From Fibrobacterota bacterium (lineage in GTDB: Bacteria; Fibrobacterota; Fibrobacteria; UBA11236), in assembly GCA_023249635.1 (NCBI GenBank), contig JAHFCH010000011.1, forward strand, positions 671 through 64,670: 64,000 nt of DNA, in the 5' to 3' direction. The notes beneath the pieces were generated by a model. It made no database searches and was not told where the DNA came from. It saw nothing but the letters and a program-made list of their open reading frames with translations. The number at the start of each line of letters is the position of its first letter. Position 1 is the first letter of the stretch. Shown in pieces: positions 46,872-55,368 of this stretch. The translations under genes were made by a program, and so were the position numbers.

Positions 46872-48500
46872 TCAGCGCGTACCGCCGCCCGCGGGCAGCT
46901 TGCGCTCCAGGAACCAGGATACGTATCTGGGCAGGAAACGGTGCATGGCCGCCAGGATGCGGCGATCGTCTTCCTGCGGCTTGAACAGGATCAAGGTGAG
47001 GATAAGGTAAGCGAATCCGGATATCGCCACGGCGAATCCCAGCCGCACCGAGCGCATCCCGAACAGGATATCGAAATCGTGCCCGGTCCATTCGTAGAGC
47101 AGGCTCTGGGTAGGGGCGAAGATACTGAATTGCGGGCTCTCGAGTTTCAGCAGCGAAGCCATGATGGCGCTCATGATGGCGGTAGCGAAAGCGGTTTTGC
47201 CCCACGCCCCCCAGGGTATGCTCAGATCCAGGTTGCGCGAGGTATATATGAATCCGCCGATGACGCCCAGGGACGTGGTGAAGGAATAGCAGAACGCGGC
47301 CCCGCGGGACCCGTAGCGCGGGACCAGCCAGATGCACAGGGCGATGTTCAACACGGCCAGGACCGCGCCGTATTTCAGTATGAATTGCTGGCGATTGCTC
47401 GCGTAGATGACGGCGGAGCCAGGTTGCGCCAGGGACGAAAGCAGGGCCCCGGCGCAAAGGATCTGGAAGCAATCCTTGGTCTCGCTGTACGCGTGCCCGT
47501 AGAAGATGACCACCAGCTCGTAGGCCGCCAGGAAGCATATCGCCACGGTGGGCAGCACAAAGAAGGCCGAGTAACGCAAGGCATGCCGGTAGGTCTTCTT
47601 CATCTTCTCGTGTTCCATGCGCCCGTGTTGCTCCGAAGAGAGGGGCAGCAGCAGCCGCCACATGAGGTTCGGCAAGGTGCCCGTGAACTTGACGATCAGG
47701 TTCTGGGCCAGGTTGTAATAGGCGATCTGCGAAGCCGCGCAGTAGCGTCCCAGAAAGTAATTCTCCGAGCGCGACCACACCACCAAGTCCACGAAGTGGA
47801 TGCCGATACCGGAGCGGCTGTATTCCAATAACTCTTTTTTCCATTTCCCGTCCGAGGGCTGGAAGCGGAACCAGCCCTTGAGCAGACCCTCTTTGCGGGC
47901 GGCCAGGTAGTAGAAAACGAGGTTTACGACCGCGAAGATCAGGTTGATCCAGAACAGGGAGAGCAACCCCCACCCCTTATACATGACGTAGACCTTGGTC
48001 AACAGGGCTAACGGCGTTACGGTGAGCGAATGCACCGTTTGGTAGCGGAAGATTTGCGCGCCCTCCAGGGTCGCGGAGAAAATCGCCGTCTGGATGCCCG
48101 GGGTAATCGCCAGGAACGCCAGCATGAAAATCATGCTCTGGTTTCGGGAGAAGTAATGATCGGCGATGCGCGAGGCGTAGCACATGAGCCCGATGCTGGT
48201 AACCGCGGCGATGGCGAACTCGATGTAGAAGATGAAACGTACCGCGGAGAGAACATCCCCGTGCCGGCCCTCGGCGCGGAACTGGGCGGTGAACTTGGTT
48301 ATCGAGGTGATGAATCCAAGCGAGATGACCACCGAGACCGTGCCCGCGAACCACTGTACCTGATGGAAGATTCCCAGCTTATCCGGGCCCAGGGAGCGGG
48401 CCATGACGACCGACGCGGCCATGCCCAACACGAACGAAACCGCGTTGGAACACAGGAAATGGACGATATTACGGGCGACCTTGCGGAGCGTGGCCGACAT
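46872..48500 (-). CDS. wzx: Wzx-type polysaccharide flippase (MOP superfamily)
   Basis: About 14 TM helices; polysaccharide-biosynthesis-protein-like N-terminus (..VSFVLGMAASVVMARSLGPDKLGIF..). Confidence 0.7.
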   Translation of the reverse strand: MSATLRKVARNIVHFLCSNAVSFVLGMAASVVMARSLGPDKLGIFHQVQWFAGTVSVVISLGFITSITKFTAQFRAEGRHGDVLSAVRFIFYIEFAIAAVTSIGLMCYASRIADHYFSRNQSMIFMLAFLAITPGIQTAIFSATLEGAQIFRYQTVHSLTVTPLALLTKVYVMYKGWGLLSLFWINLIFAVVNLVFYYLAARKEGLLKGWFRFQPSDGKWKKELLEYSRSGIGIHFVDLVVWSRSENYFLGRYCAASQIAYYNLAQNLIVKFTGTLPNLMWRLLLPLSSEQHGRMEHEKMKKTYRHALRYSAFFVLPTVAICFLAAYELVVIFYGHAYSETKDCFQILCAGALLSSLAQPGSAVIYASNRQQFILKYGAVLAVLNIALCIWLVPRYGSRGAAFCYSFTTSLGVIGGFIYTSRNLDLSIPWGAWGKTAFATAIMSAIMASLLKLESPQFSIFAPTQSLLYEWTGHDFDILFGMRSVRLGFAVAISGFAYLILTLILFKPQEDDRRILAAMHRFLPRYVSWFLERKLPAGGGTR

Positions 48501-48515
48501 CGTGCCCTTTCCGCC

Positions 48516-50669
48516 TCAGTCCTTTTTCGCCAGGTAATTGTGGTAGTAGTGCTTGTAGTACCCGTAGGAACTATAGCCCTTGGTGATGTCCACATCGTTC
48601 AGGATGCAACCGAGCATGCGGGCGTTCACGTTGCGCAACGCCTGCAGGGTACGCGAGCTTACCGCGATGCTGGTCTTGTTCGCGCGGATCACCAGCACCA
48701 CGCCGTCCAGCTTGGTGGCCAGGATGGCGGCGTCGGTAACGGCGATGACCGGGGGGGTATCGAAAAGGATGTAGCGGAAACGCTTCTTCAGCTCGTCCAG
48801 GAAGGTGTCCATCTTCTTGGAACCGAGCAGCTCGGCCGGGTTGGGCATATAGGCGCCCGCGGTCATCACCTGCAGATTGGTTCCGGGAAGGTTGCGGCAC
48901 ACCTCGTCGAGGGTATTGGTGCCCGCGAAAAGTTCGCCGAAACCGGGACCGCGATCGAGGCCGAAAAGGTGATGGTTCACGGGGCGACGCAGGTCGGTAT
49001 CGATCACCAGGGTGGGTTCCCCCTGCTGCGCGAAGGAAAGGGCCGTATTGGCCATCGTCAGCGATTTGCCTTCGCCGGGACCGCTGCTGGTGATCAGCAA
49101 TGTCTGGATGGCCTTGTCCGGGCTGGAGAAGACGATATTGGTACGCAGCGAACGGTACGATTCCGCGACTACGCTTTCCTCGTTCTGCGGCCCCATCATC
49201 AGGCCCGGGTACTTGTTGCGTATCTGCTGCTTCTTGCCCTTGGTGAAAGTACGTTTGACCTCGATATCCGATTTCTTGGGGTTGATATGGGGGATGGTGC
49301 CCAACAGCGTCAGGCCCAGCATCTTCTCCACGTCGTCCGGCGACTTGACCGTATCGTCCATGAACTCGCGCAGGATGGAAAGCCCGATGCCGAAGACCAG
49401 GCCCACCAGCAGGGAGACCGCGTAGAAGACCATATCCTTGCGGGGCACGGGCTCGGTCGGCAGTTGGGCGTCGTCCACCAGCTTCAACCCGCCGGACTTG
49501 GATTCCAGCTGGATGGTCGCGTCTTCCAGGCGTTCCGACAGGCGCTGATGGGTGGCGATATAGCGGGCCAGCAGATTGTCGATCTGGGTCAGCTCGAACT
49601 CCTCCTGGCCCAGCTTGGGATGGTTCTCGCGGTAGGTGATGATGGCGCGCTTGAAGGCGTCCAGCCGGGCGCGCTTCATGTTCATTTCCGCTTCCGAACT
49701 CGCCAATTCCTTGCGGATGGATTGCCACTGGTTCAGCAGCCCGATGTCCTGCTGGGTATCGCTGCCCTTGGTCAGCTTCACCAGTTTGGTTTCGATTATC
49801 GCCATGTCCTGGCTCAGTTTGCTGTCGGCGGTGAGGGTGATGCCCAGGCGCATCATCTTCTCCTTCTCCTTCTCCAGCACCTTCATCTGTGCCCGCAGGC
49901 TGTCGATGGACTTCTCATTGCCGCTGGCCGCGGGCTTGTTGATGGTGTTGTCCAAGGTCTTGAAGTAGCTCCGCTTGGCTTCCAGATTGGCCTTGTCCAA
50001 TTCGAATTTCACCAGCTCCTGCTGGTAGTTCTTCTCCAAGGCATCCAGGCCCGCCGCGTCGCCGATGCTCTGGAGCGAAGAGATGTCCGACTTGCGATTG
50101 CGTTCCAGCTGGATTTCGTCGCGTTTCTTGATGCAGACCTCGATCTGCTCCTTGATGGCGTCGATGGCCTTTACCGCCTCCTCGTTCTCCACCTTGCGGC
50201 AGAATACGATGAGGCTGTCGGTGGCGACCTTTACCAGCCGGTAACTGAGGTTGGCGTTGTGGGTCTTGCTCGAAATGGTGAAGAAGGATTCCACCGTACC
50301 TTCGTCCACATGCAGGTTGTCGCTGATGAATTCCTTCTGCTTCTTGGTCACGCCCGCCTTGGCCAAATCACCTGCGGTCGCCTGTACCATGCGGTCCAGG
50401 AAGGCCTGGCTCTGGAAGATGGTCTTGTAGAATCCGATGCCGCGCTGGTTGTCGTCATTCGACAACAGCACCGAGGCCGCGTTTACAGGCGCCTTGTCCA
50501 TTACCAACTGGCTGGAGGTGATGTAATAGTCGGGCAGGCGCTTGATGAACCACCAGGTGGGCCCCAGGAACGCGGCGATGGAGAACAGCAGGATATAACG
50601 GCCCTTGATGAGGAGCCGGAAGTAGTCGCCGAACTGGAGTTCGCGTTGCGGTTTGGGCGCTTCGCTCAT
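48516..50669 (-). CDS. wzc: Polysaccharide co-polymerase / BY-kinase (Wzc-like tyrosine autokinase)
   Basis: Two TMs flanking a long coiled-coil periplasmic region; cytoplasmic P-loop (SSGPGEGKS), Walker B (LVIDTDLRRP); C-terminal Tyr cluster (GYSSYGYYKHYYHNY). Confidence 0.8.
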   Translation of the reverse strand: MSEAPKPQRELQFGDYFRLLIKGRYILLFSIAAFLGPTWWFIKRLPDYYITSSQLVMDKAPVNAASVLLSNDDNQRGIGFYKTIFQSQAFLDRMVQATAGDLAKAGVTKKQKEFISDNLHVDEGTVESFFTISSKTHNANLSYRLVKVATDSLIVFCRKVENEEAVKAIDAIKEQIEVCIKKRDEIQLERNRKSDISSLQSIGDAAGLDALEKNYQQELVKFELDKANLEAKRSYFKTLDNTINKPAASGNEKSIDSLRAQMKVLEKEKEKMMRLGITLTADSKLSQDMAIIETKLVKLTKGSDTQQDIGLLNQWQSIRKELASSEAEMNMKRARLDAFKRAIITYRENHPKLGQEEFELTQIDNLLARYIATHQRLSERLEDATIQLESKSGGLKLVDDAQLPTEPVPRKDMVFYAVSLLVGLVFGIGLSILREFMDDTVKSPDDVEKMLGLTLLGTIPHINPKKSDIEVKRTFTKGKKQQIRNKYPGLMMGPQNEESVVAESYRSLRTNIVFSSPDKAIQTLLITSSGPGEGKSLTMANTALSFAQQGEPTLVIDTDLRRPVNHHLFGLDRGPGFGELFAGTNTLDEVCRNLPGTNLQVMTAGAYMPNPAELLGSKKMDTFLDELKKRFRYILFDTPPVIAVTDAAILATKLDGVVLVIRANKTSIAVSSRTLQALRNVNARMLGCILNDVDITKGYSSYGYYKHYYHNYLAKKD

Positions 50670-51613
50670 TTTTTGATCACCGAGGTAATCACGAACCAGG
50701 CCGTGAGGAACGTGACCATGTCGCGCATGATATCGAGGGTCTTGGTCCAAGTGACCACCTTGGCGTACATGATGATCATGTCGCCCTCTCCCAGCAGGGG
50801 CAGGTCTTCGGTCTTACCGTTGTCGATGAACTTCTGCATATCCAGCACGTAGTCGGCCTTTTGCCCGCCCAGCGCCGAGATGATGCGCACCTTGTGCATG
50901 TTGGCGTCCGGGGCCGGCCCGCCGGCCAGGTAGAGCATGTCGAATACGGAAGCCTGTTCGCCCACGGGGTAGAACCCGGGCTTGCTGACCGCCCCGAGGA
51001 TTTTCACGTACTTGGATTTCTTGGAGGAGAGCAGAATGATGCGATCGCCATCGTACAAGGTCGGCAACAGCGTCAGGTCGCCCGAGCTCAGGAACTTCTG
51101 CAAGTCGTAGTAGCTGGCGTTCTCGTCGCCCTGGTTCTTACGCACGATCTTGACGCGCTGCAGGTCCGCGGTCTCGAGGCTGCCGCCGGCGGCCAGCATT
51201 ACTTCCTGCAGGCTGGCCTTGGGGGGCATCATCAGTACGCCGGGTTTCTTGACCTGGCCCAGCACGTAAAGGGAAATGGGATTCTCGGTCAATACGCTCA
51301 CCAGCACCATCGGCGACTCCACCACTTTGGCGAGTTTGTAGGTGAGGATGTCTTGCAACTCGCTGGTGGTCTTGTCGACCACGGGTACGTCCTGGTAGAG
51401 CGGGTAATCGATGGTGCCGTTATCGTTCACGCGCACGATCTGGGAAAGCTCTTTGTCGTTCTTCACCACGATGTTCAAGGTCATCCCGGATTTGATCACG
51501 GTCGCGGCGCAAGGCGAACTCAAAATGAAAAGTGAAAACTGAAAAATGAAGACGGAAAGGAATGCGAATCCTGTCCCGATGGCGGTTTGCACTTTGAAAT
51601 TTTCACTTTTCAT
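50666..51613 (-). CDS. wza: Polysaccharide export outer-membrane protein (Wza-like)
   Basis: Signal peptide, Poly_export-like region (..TLNIVVKNDKELSQIVRVNDNGTIDYPL..), two SLBB-like segments; ATGA overlap with wzc. Confidence 0.75.
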   Translation of the reverse strand: MKSENFKVQTAIGTGFAFLSVFIFQFSLFILSSPCAATVIKSGMTLNIVVKNDKELSQIVRVNDNGTIDYPLYQDVPVVDKTTSELQDILTYKLAKVVESPMVLVSVLTENPISLYVLGQVKKPGVLMMPPKASLQEVMLAAGGSLETADLQRVKIVRKNQGDENASYYDLQKFLSSGDLTLLPTLYDGDRIILLSSKKSKYVKILGAVSKPGFYPVGEQASVFDMLYLAGGPAPDANMHKVRIISALGGQKADYVLDMQKFIDNGKTEDLPLLGEGDMIIMYAKVVTWTKTLDIMRDMVTFLTAWFVITSVIKK

Positions 51614-51628
51614 TTTTCACTCTAGGCT
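51518..51628. repeat. AT-rich palindromic element, GTGAAAA-heptad family, copy 1 (spans wza start codon and signal-peptide codons)
   Basis: Left arm AAAATGAAAAGTGAAAACTGAAAAATGAAGA (encodes FIFQFSLFIL on the minus strand); right arm TTTCACTTTTCATTTTTCACTC (contains the wza ATG); 17+ bp of complementarity between arms. Confidence 0.7.
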
Positions 51629-51667
51629 TTGTGGGCTATCCGATTATACTCCCTGGATCGCTTTCGC

Positions 51668-52717
51668 CTAGGCCGGCTTGAATATGAAAGGCGATTTCAT
51701 CTCCACCGGACCTCCCGAAGAAGGCGGGAATATCCAACGTTTGATGCGACGTAAAAGCTCGGCGGTGAAATCCGGATCATCCAACGTGGTTTCCGAACGC
51801 AGTATGGATACGTTGGAAACGGTGCCATCCTCTTCGATAACTATCAATACGGATACCTTGCCCTCCAAAGCCGGATTGGATTTGAGACGTTCTTCATAGA
51901 GCATACTGACCATGGATTGTTTTTTCGAAATAAAGGCCGCGACTTCGCCCGGGCTCCGGTTTCCCGTGAATTTGGCCGACTTGTCGGTGGCGGTGGGGCG
52001 TTCCGTATCGGTCACCCCGATCTTGCCTCCCACGGCCGATTTCGCGTTCTGGAAGCCGTGGACCATGTTTTCGATGCCGCTGGTGCTGCCCACCGCTTCG
52101 CCTTTCATTACGGTTCCCTTGGGCGATCCTTCCCGGTTGAAATCGCCCTTTTTGCCGTCGAATTTCGTCAAGCCCTCGATGCTTCCCAGGCGAGCGTCGA
52201 GATCACCGAAGCCCGCGAAACGATCATGTCCGCCGCCCGGTCCCGCTTTGCCTACGGTCCTGCCGATGGCGCCCGGGCCTTTTCCGGAGAGGATGGAGAG
52301 TACGGCCGCCTTGGTGATGCGTTCCTGCACCTGGGTTATCTGCTGGGTCACGGTAGCGCGCGAACGCTCTATGCGTGCGAGGGCCGAAGCCTCCCCTTTG
52401 CCCGCGCCCGGAGCGGGACGCGCCTGGCCGGTCGAGCCCTTGGGGGCCGTCGGCTTGGGGATGGCCTTCCCCGGGGGCTTGAGCGGCATGATGATCTTGG
52501 AGACGCGATCGGAAAGATCTTCCAGGGTCGGCTTCTCGAGCTTGCTGTAGTCCACGTTGCGTATGCCCACCAGCACCATCATGAACAGCATCAGGCACGC
52601 CACGAAACTGGTAATGGCCGGAACGTCGATGTTGTCGAACATCCCGCCTTTGTAGCCGGGATTGCGATCTTCCGGCGGCCGGGGCTTGGGCGTTTCCTGT
52701 ACGGGGCTATTCGACAT
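51668..52717 (-). CDS. tonB: TonB-family energy transducer
   Basis: N-terminal TM, Pro/Lys/Gly-rich spacer, C-terminal TonB domain (GKVSVLIVIEEDGTVSNVSILRSE..). Confidence 0.7.
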   Translation of the reverse strand: MSNSPVQETPKPRPPEDRNPGYKGGMFDNIDVPAITSFVACLMLFMMVLVGIRNVDYSKLEKPTLEDLSDRVSKIIMPLKPPGKAIPKPTAPKGSTGQARPAPGAGKGEASALARIERSRATVTQQITQVQERITKAAVLSILSGKGPGAIGRTVGKAGPGGGHDRFAGFGDLDARLGSIEGLTKFDGKKGDFNREGSPKGTVMKGEAVGSTSGIENMVHGFQNAKSAVGGKIGVTDTERPTATDKSAKFTGNRSPGEVAAFISKKQSMVSMLYEERLKSNPALEGKVSVLIVIEEDGTVSNVSILRSETTLDDPDFTAELLRRIKRWIFPPSSGGPVEMKSPFIFKPA

Positions 52718-53198
52718 CGCGCTTCATCACCGCTAAGGAAAAACTGCTGTAGCCGTTATCGCCGCAGGTGGCGAGTACCTTCTGTAAAAGCCAGTAGGGG
52801 ATGAGGTGATCGCCCTGGATGGTCAGCTTGCCGTTGAACTCGACGCTCTTGTCGTACTCGGCGATATCCTCGGTCTGCTTACGCTTGTCCTCCAGGAACC
52901 GCGCCAGGCCCGGGATGTCGTTACCGGGCCTTTCCTGCTCCTCGGTGACGAGCGCCACGGGATTGCCTTCCACCATGATGTGTTTGGTGCTGATGGAAAT
53001 GTTGAGGGTGTTCTCCGGCTTGATCTTGGAAGTACTCATGGGCAGTTCCAGATTCTTGGTCTGGGTGACTATCTCGCCCTCGGAGGAAAAATTCTTGAGT
53101 AGGAAGAACACCAGGCAGATGAGCACGTCCACCAGGGACGTCATCGCCGGCTTGGCCGATTCCGTCGGCTGCCTACGGCGCTTGCGCCCGGTCTTCAT
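52707..53198 (-). CDS. exbD: Biopolymer transport protein ExbD/TolR
   Basis: Single N-terminal TM (SLVDVLICLVFFLL) then ExbD-like periplasmic domain. Confidence 0.75.
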   Translation of the reverse strand: MKTGRKRRRQPTESAKPAMTSLVDVLICLVFFLLKNFSSEGEIVTQTKNLELPMSTSKIKPENTLNISISTKHIMVEGNPVALVTEEQERPGNDIPGLARFLEDKRKQTEDIAEYDKSVEFNGKLTIQGDHLIPYWLLQKVLATCGDNGYSSFSLAVMKRDVE

Positions 53199-53731
53199 TG
53201 GTACACGCCTCCGGACAACAGGATGTTCGGGAACCTCTGCTCGCGCATCACGTCCATGGTGGTGATGATGTCCTGGTACACCACGGCGGAGTCTATCAAG
53301 AGCACCACGTCTTCGGCGCTGGGATATTCCTCCTTGAGCTTCTTCATGAACTGCCCCAGCCGCGGGTAATCGAAATCCTTCGTTCCTTTGGGAATGGGAT
53401 CGAGTTTGCGTCCCTCGCCGATCACCTGGAACCCGTTCTCGGAAACCAGCACCGTGATATCGACGCTCGGGGCCTTTTCGGTCGAATCGGCGGCCGCCTT
53501 GGCCTGGTCCTCGCCGCCGCCGCCGCTTTGGGGCGGCAGGTTGAATTTGATCACCGCCAATTGCGTGAACACCACCATGGTCACCAGGAACGAGATGAGG
53601 ATGATGAGCATGTTCATCATCGGCGTCATGTCCAGATCGATGGGCGCGCCCATGGCGGACCCGCCTTTGGACGCGATGCCTCCGCGTTGTTTACCGCCTC
53701 CGGGGGCGGGACCGGCAACCGAACCGCTCAT
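53195..53731 (-). CDS. exbD: Biopolymer transport protein ExbD/TolR (second paralogue)
   Basis: IDLDMTPMMNMLIILISFLV TM then ExbD-like domain; 4-nt overlaps at both ends. Confidence 0.7.
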   Translation of the reverse strand: MSGSVAGPAPGGGKQRGGIASKGGSAMGAPIDLDMTPMMNMLIILISFLVTMVVFTQLAVIKFNLPPQSGGGGEDQAKAAADSTEKAPSVDITVLVSENGFQVIGEGRKLDPIPKGTKDFDYPRLGQFMKKLKEEYPSAEDVVLLIDSAVVYQDIITTMDVMREQRFPNILLSGGVYQ

Positions 53732-54429
53732 CCAGCATGCCCGGTCGCGGCGGGACCGGCCGGAGCCGCGCCAGGCGGGGCTTTCGGGCTGGTCTTGCGT
53801 TGGGCATTCATGAAATTCACCAGCCGGAGCACGGTCTCATCGATTTGTTCCAGCAACTGGTTCGATTTCGATCCCAGCCAGGTGAAGGAAGCCATGCAGA
53901 TCATGGCGGCGATGAGCCCGAGCGCCGTGGCGTTCAGCGCTAAGGTGATACCGCGCGCCAGTAGTTTGCTTTTCTGGGAGGGGTCGGCGGCTTCGAGCGC
54001 GGCAAAGGCTTCCTGCAGGCCGAAAATGGTTCCGAGCAGTCCTACCAGGGTGCAAAGGTTGGCGAGCAGTCCCAGGTAATGGGTGCGTTTCTGCAAGCGT
54101 GGGACTTCCCGCAGCGACACTTCTTCCAGGGCATCCTTGATTTCTTCCGCGGTGGCGGCCTGCTCGTATTTCCAGATGCCCGCTTCCAGGATCAGGCCAA
54201 GGGGGGTGCCGGTCTGATTGCACAGCTTGCGGGCGTCGGCGATCTTATCCTTGCGGATCAAGGCCGTGGTGTCGGCCAGCAGCTTCTTGGAATTGATCCG
54301 GCATTTGATGAAGAAGAACCAGATCCGTTCGAGCATTATGGAGAGCCCCAGCCCCAAAAGGCCGAGAATCATGTACTCCACGGCCCCGCCCTCGTCGACG
54401 AATTTGGCAATTTTCATCAGGATTTCCAT
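53728..54429 (-). CDS. exbB: MotA/TolQ/ExbB proton-channel protein
   Basis: Three TMs with the conserved C-terminal channel region (..GLLGTIFGLQEAFAAL..TALGLIAAMICM..); ATG 54429 chosen. Confidence 0.75.
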   Translation of the reverse strand: MEILMKIAKFVDEGGAVEYMILGLLGLGLSIMLERIWFFFIKCRINSKKLLADTTALIRKDKIADARKLCNQTGTPLGLILEAGIWKYEQAATAEEIKDALEEVSLREVPRLQKRTHYLGLLANLCTLVGLLGTIFGLQEAFAALEAADPSQKSKLLARGITLALNATALGLIAAMICMASFTWLGSKSNQLLEQIDETVLRLVNFMNAQRKTSPKAPPGAAPAGPAATGHAG

Positions 54430-54593
54430 AAAACCTCTGGCTTTCAAAAAGGGACAGGTCGGCATTGGGATTATCGTATTCCTGGGGATTTGGAAGCAAC
54501 GGAGCGGGTGGGTGAACTCGGGGTAGGCCGGGAACTTACGGTTGGTTGACCCGCGGAAGCGCCAGGGGAAGGGGGGAGGCTGCCCCAGGGAAT

Positions 54594-54681
54594 GGGTTTA
54601 AGGTCTAAGGTTTAAGGTGGGGGAATTCAACGCCGTGAACATTCCCCTTAAACCTTTAACCTTAAACCTTAAACCTTCTTC
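54594..54681. repeat. Palindromic element, GGTTTAA-heptad family, copy 2
   Basis: GGTTTAAGGTCTAAGGTTTAAGGTGGGGG - 20 nt - CCCCTTAAACCTTTAACCTTAAACCTTAAACC; upstream of exbB and of the divergent gene starting 54817. Confidence 0.7.
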
Positions 54682-54816
54682 AATCCCCGGTTTTCCCCTG
54701 TTTTCCCACAAATTTCCTCCTTTTCCAGCCCCGGTTCCCTTGTGCAAACAGCCCCTTCGCGGTATATTGCTTACTTATACGGACACGGTTTCCCCAACCG
54801 GTTTAAGGAAGGATTT

Positions 54817-55275
54817 ATGAAGAAGACCATCGCGTTCCTGTTCCTCGCTTTCGCATCGGTCACCCTCGCGGGGTCTAAGACTGAAATGACCAACGTTACC
54901 CGTATCAAGTCGGGCGGCGCCACCATCTACAAGACCGAAGCCGGGGATGAATCGGACAAGGTCGCGGACGCCGGCACCGGCGATGAGGTCACTCTACTGA
55001 AACAGGGCAAAGGCCGTTCGCTGATCAAGACCTCCGGCTCCATCAAGGGCTGGGTCGACAACAGCACCATCGAAAAGGTGAAGATTTCCAGCGGCGGTAC
55101 CCATAACCTGAAAGACGTGGAAGTCGTGGGCTGGCTGGACAATCCTTCCGCTGTCTACATTTTGGACAATTCCAATCCGGATTTGAACGCGCTGCCCATC
55201 GATCGCAATTTCAACAATGAAATCATCGAGAAAAAGGACCGCGAAGAGGTCGAACGCACGTACGACGAAAACTGA
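54817..55275 (+). CDS. Hypothetical secreted protein (SH3b-like beta domain?)
   Basis: AAGGAAGGA RBS; signal peptide MKKTIAFLFLAFASVTLAGS; lower GC than flanks; domain guess weak. Confidence 0.45.
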   Translation: MKKTIAFLFLAFASVTLAGSKTEMTNVTRIKSGGATIYKTEAGDESDKVADAGTGDEVTLLKQGKGRSLIKTSGSIKGWVDNSTIEKVKISSGGTHNLKDVEVVGWLDNPSAVYILDNSNPDLNALPIDRNFNNEIIEKKDREEVERTYDEN

Positions 55276-55368
55276 GTATATTCTAATTATACAGAAGCGG
55301 CCGGGCTGGACCCGGCTCCGCTGAAGGGAAGGGCCTCCAAGGAGGTCCTTTTTCTTTGGGGGTGGTTT

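Noticed and set aside
38975-47973. ORF-track N-terminal extensions of the EPS-operon genes (for example 38975-41233, 40534-42006, 41628-42935, 42740-43813, 44285-46618, 45520-47973)
   Set aside because: The extensions overlap the upstream gene by hundreds of nt and translate to low-complexity Arg/Pro-rich sequence. Internal ATG/GTG starts that overlap the upstream stop by 4 nt give proteins that begin exactly at conserved GT or Wzy N-termini.
51614-51667. Sigma-54 promoter upstream of wza or exbB (searched for GG-N10-GC / TGGCAC-N5-TTGC on the minus strand)
   Set aside because: No acceptable match found by eye. Only a sigma-70-like TATAAT (minus strand, plus coordinates 51643-51648) about 30 nt upstream of the wza ATG, without a convincing -35.
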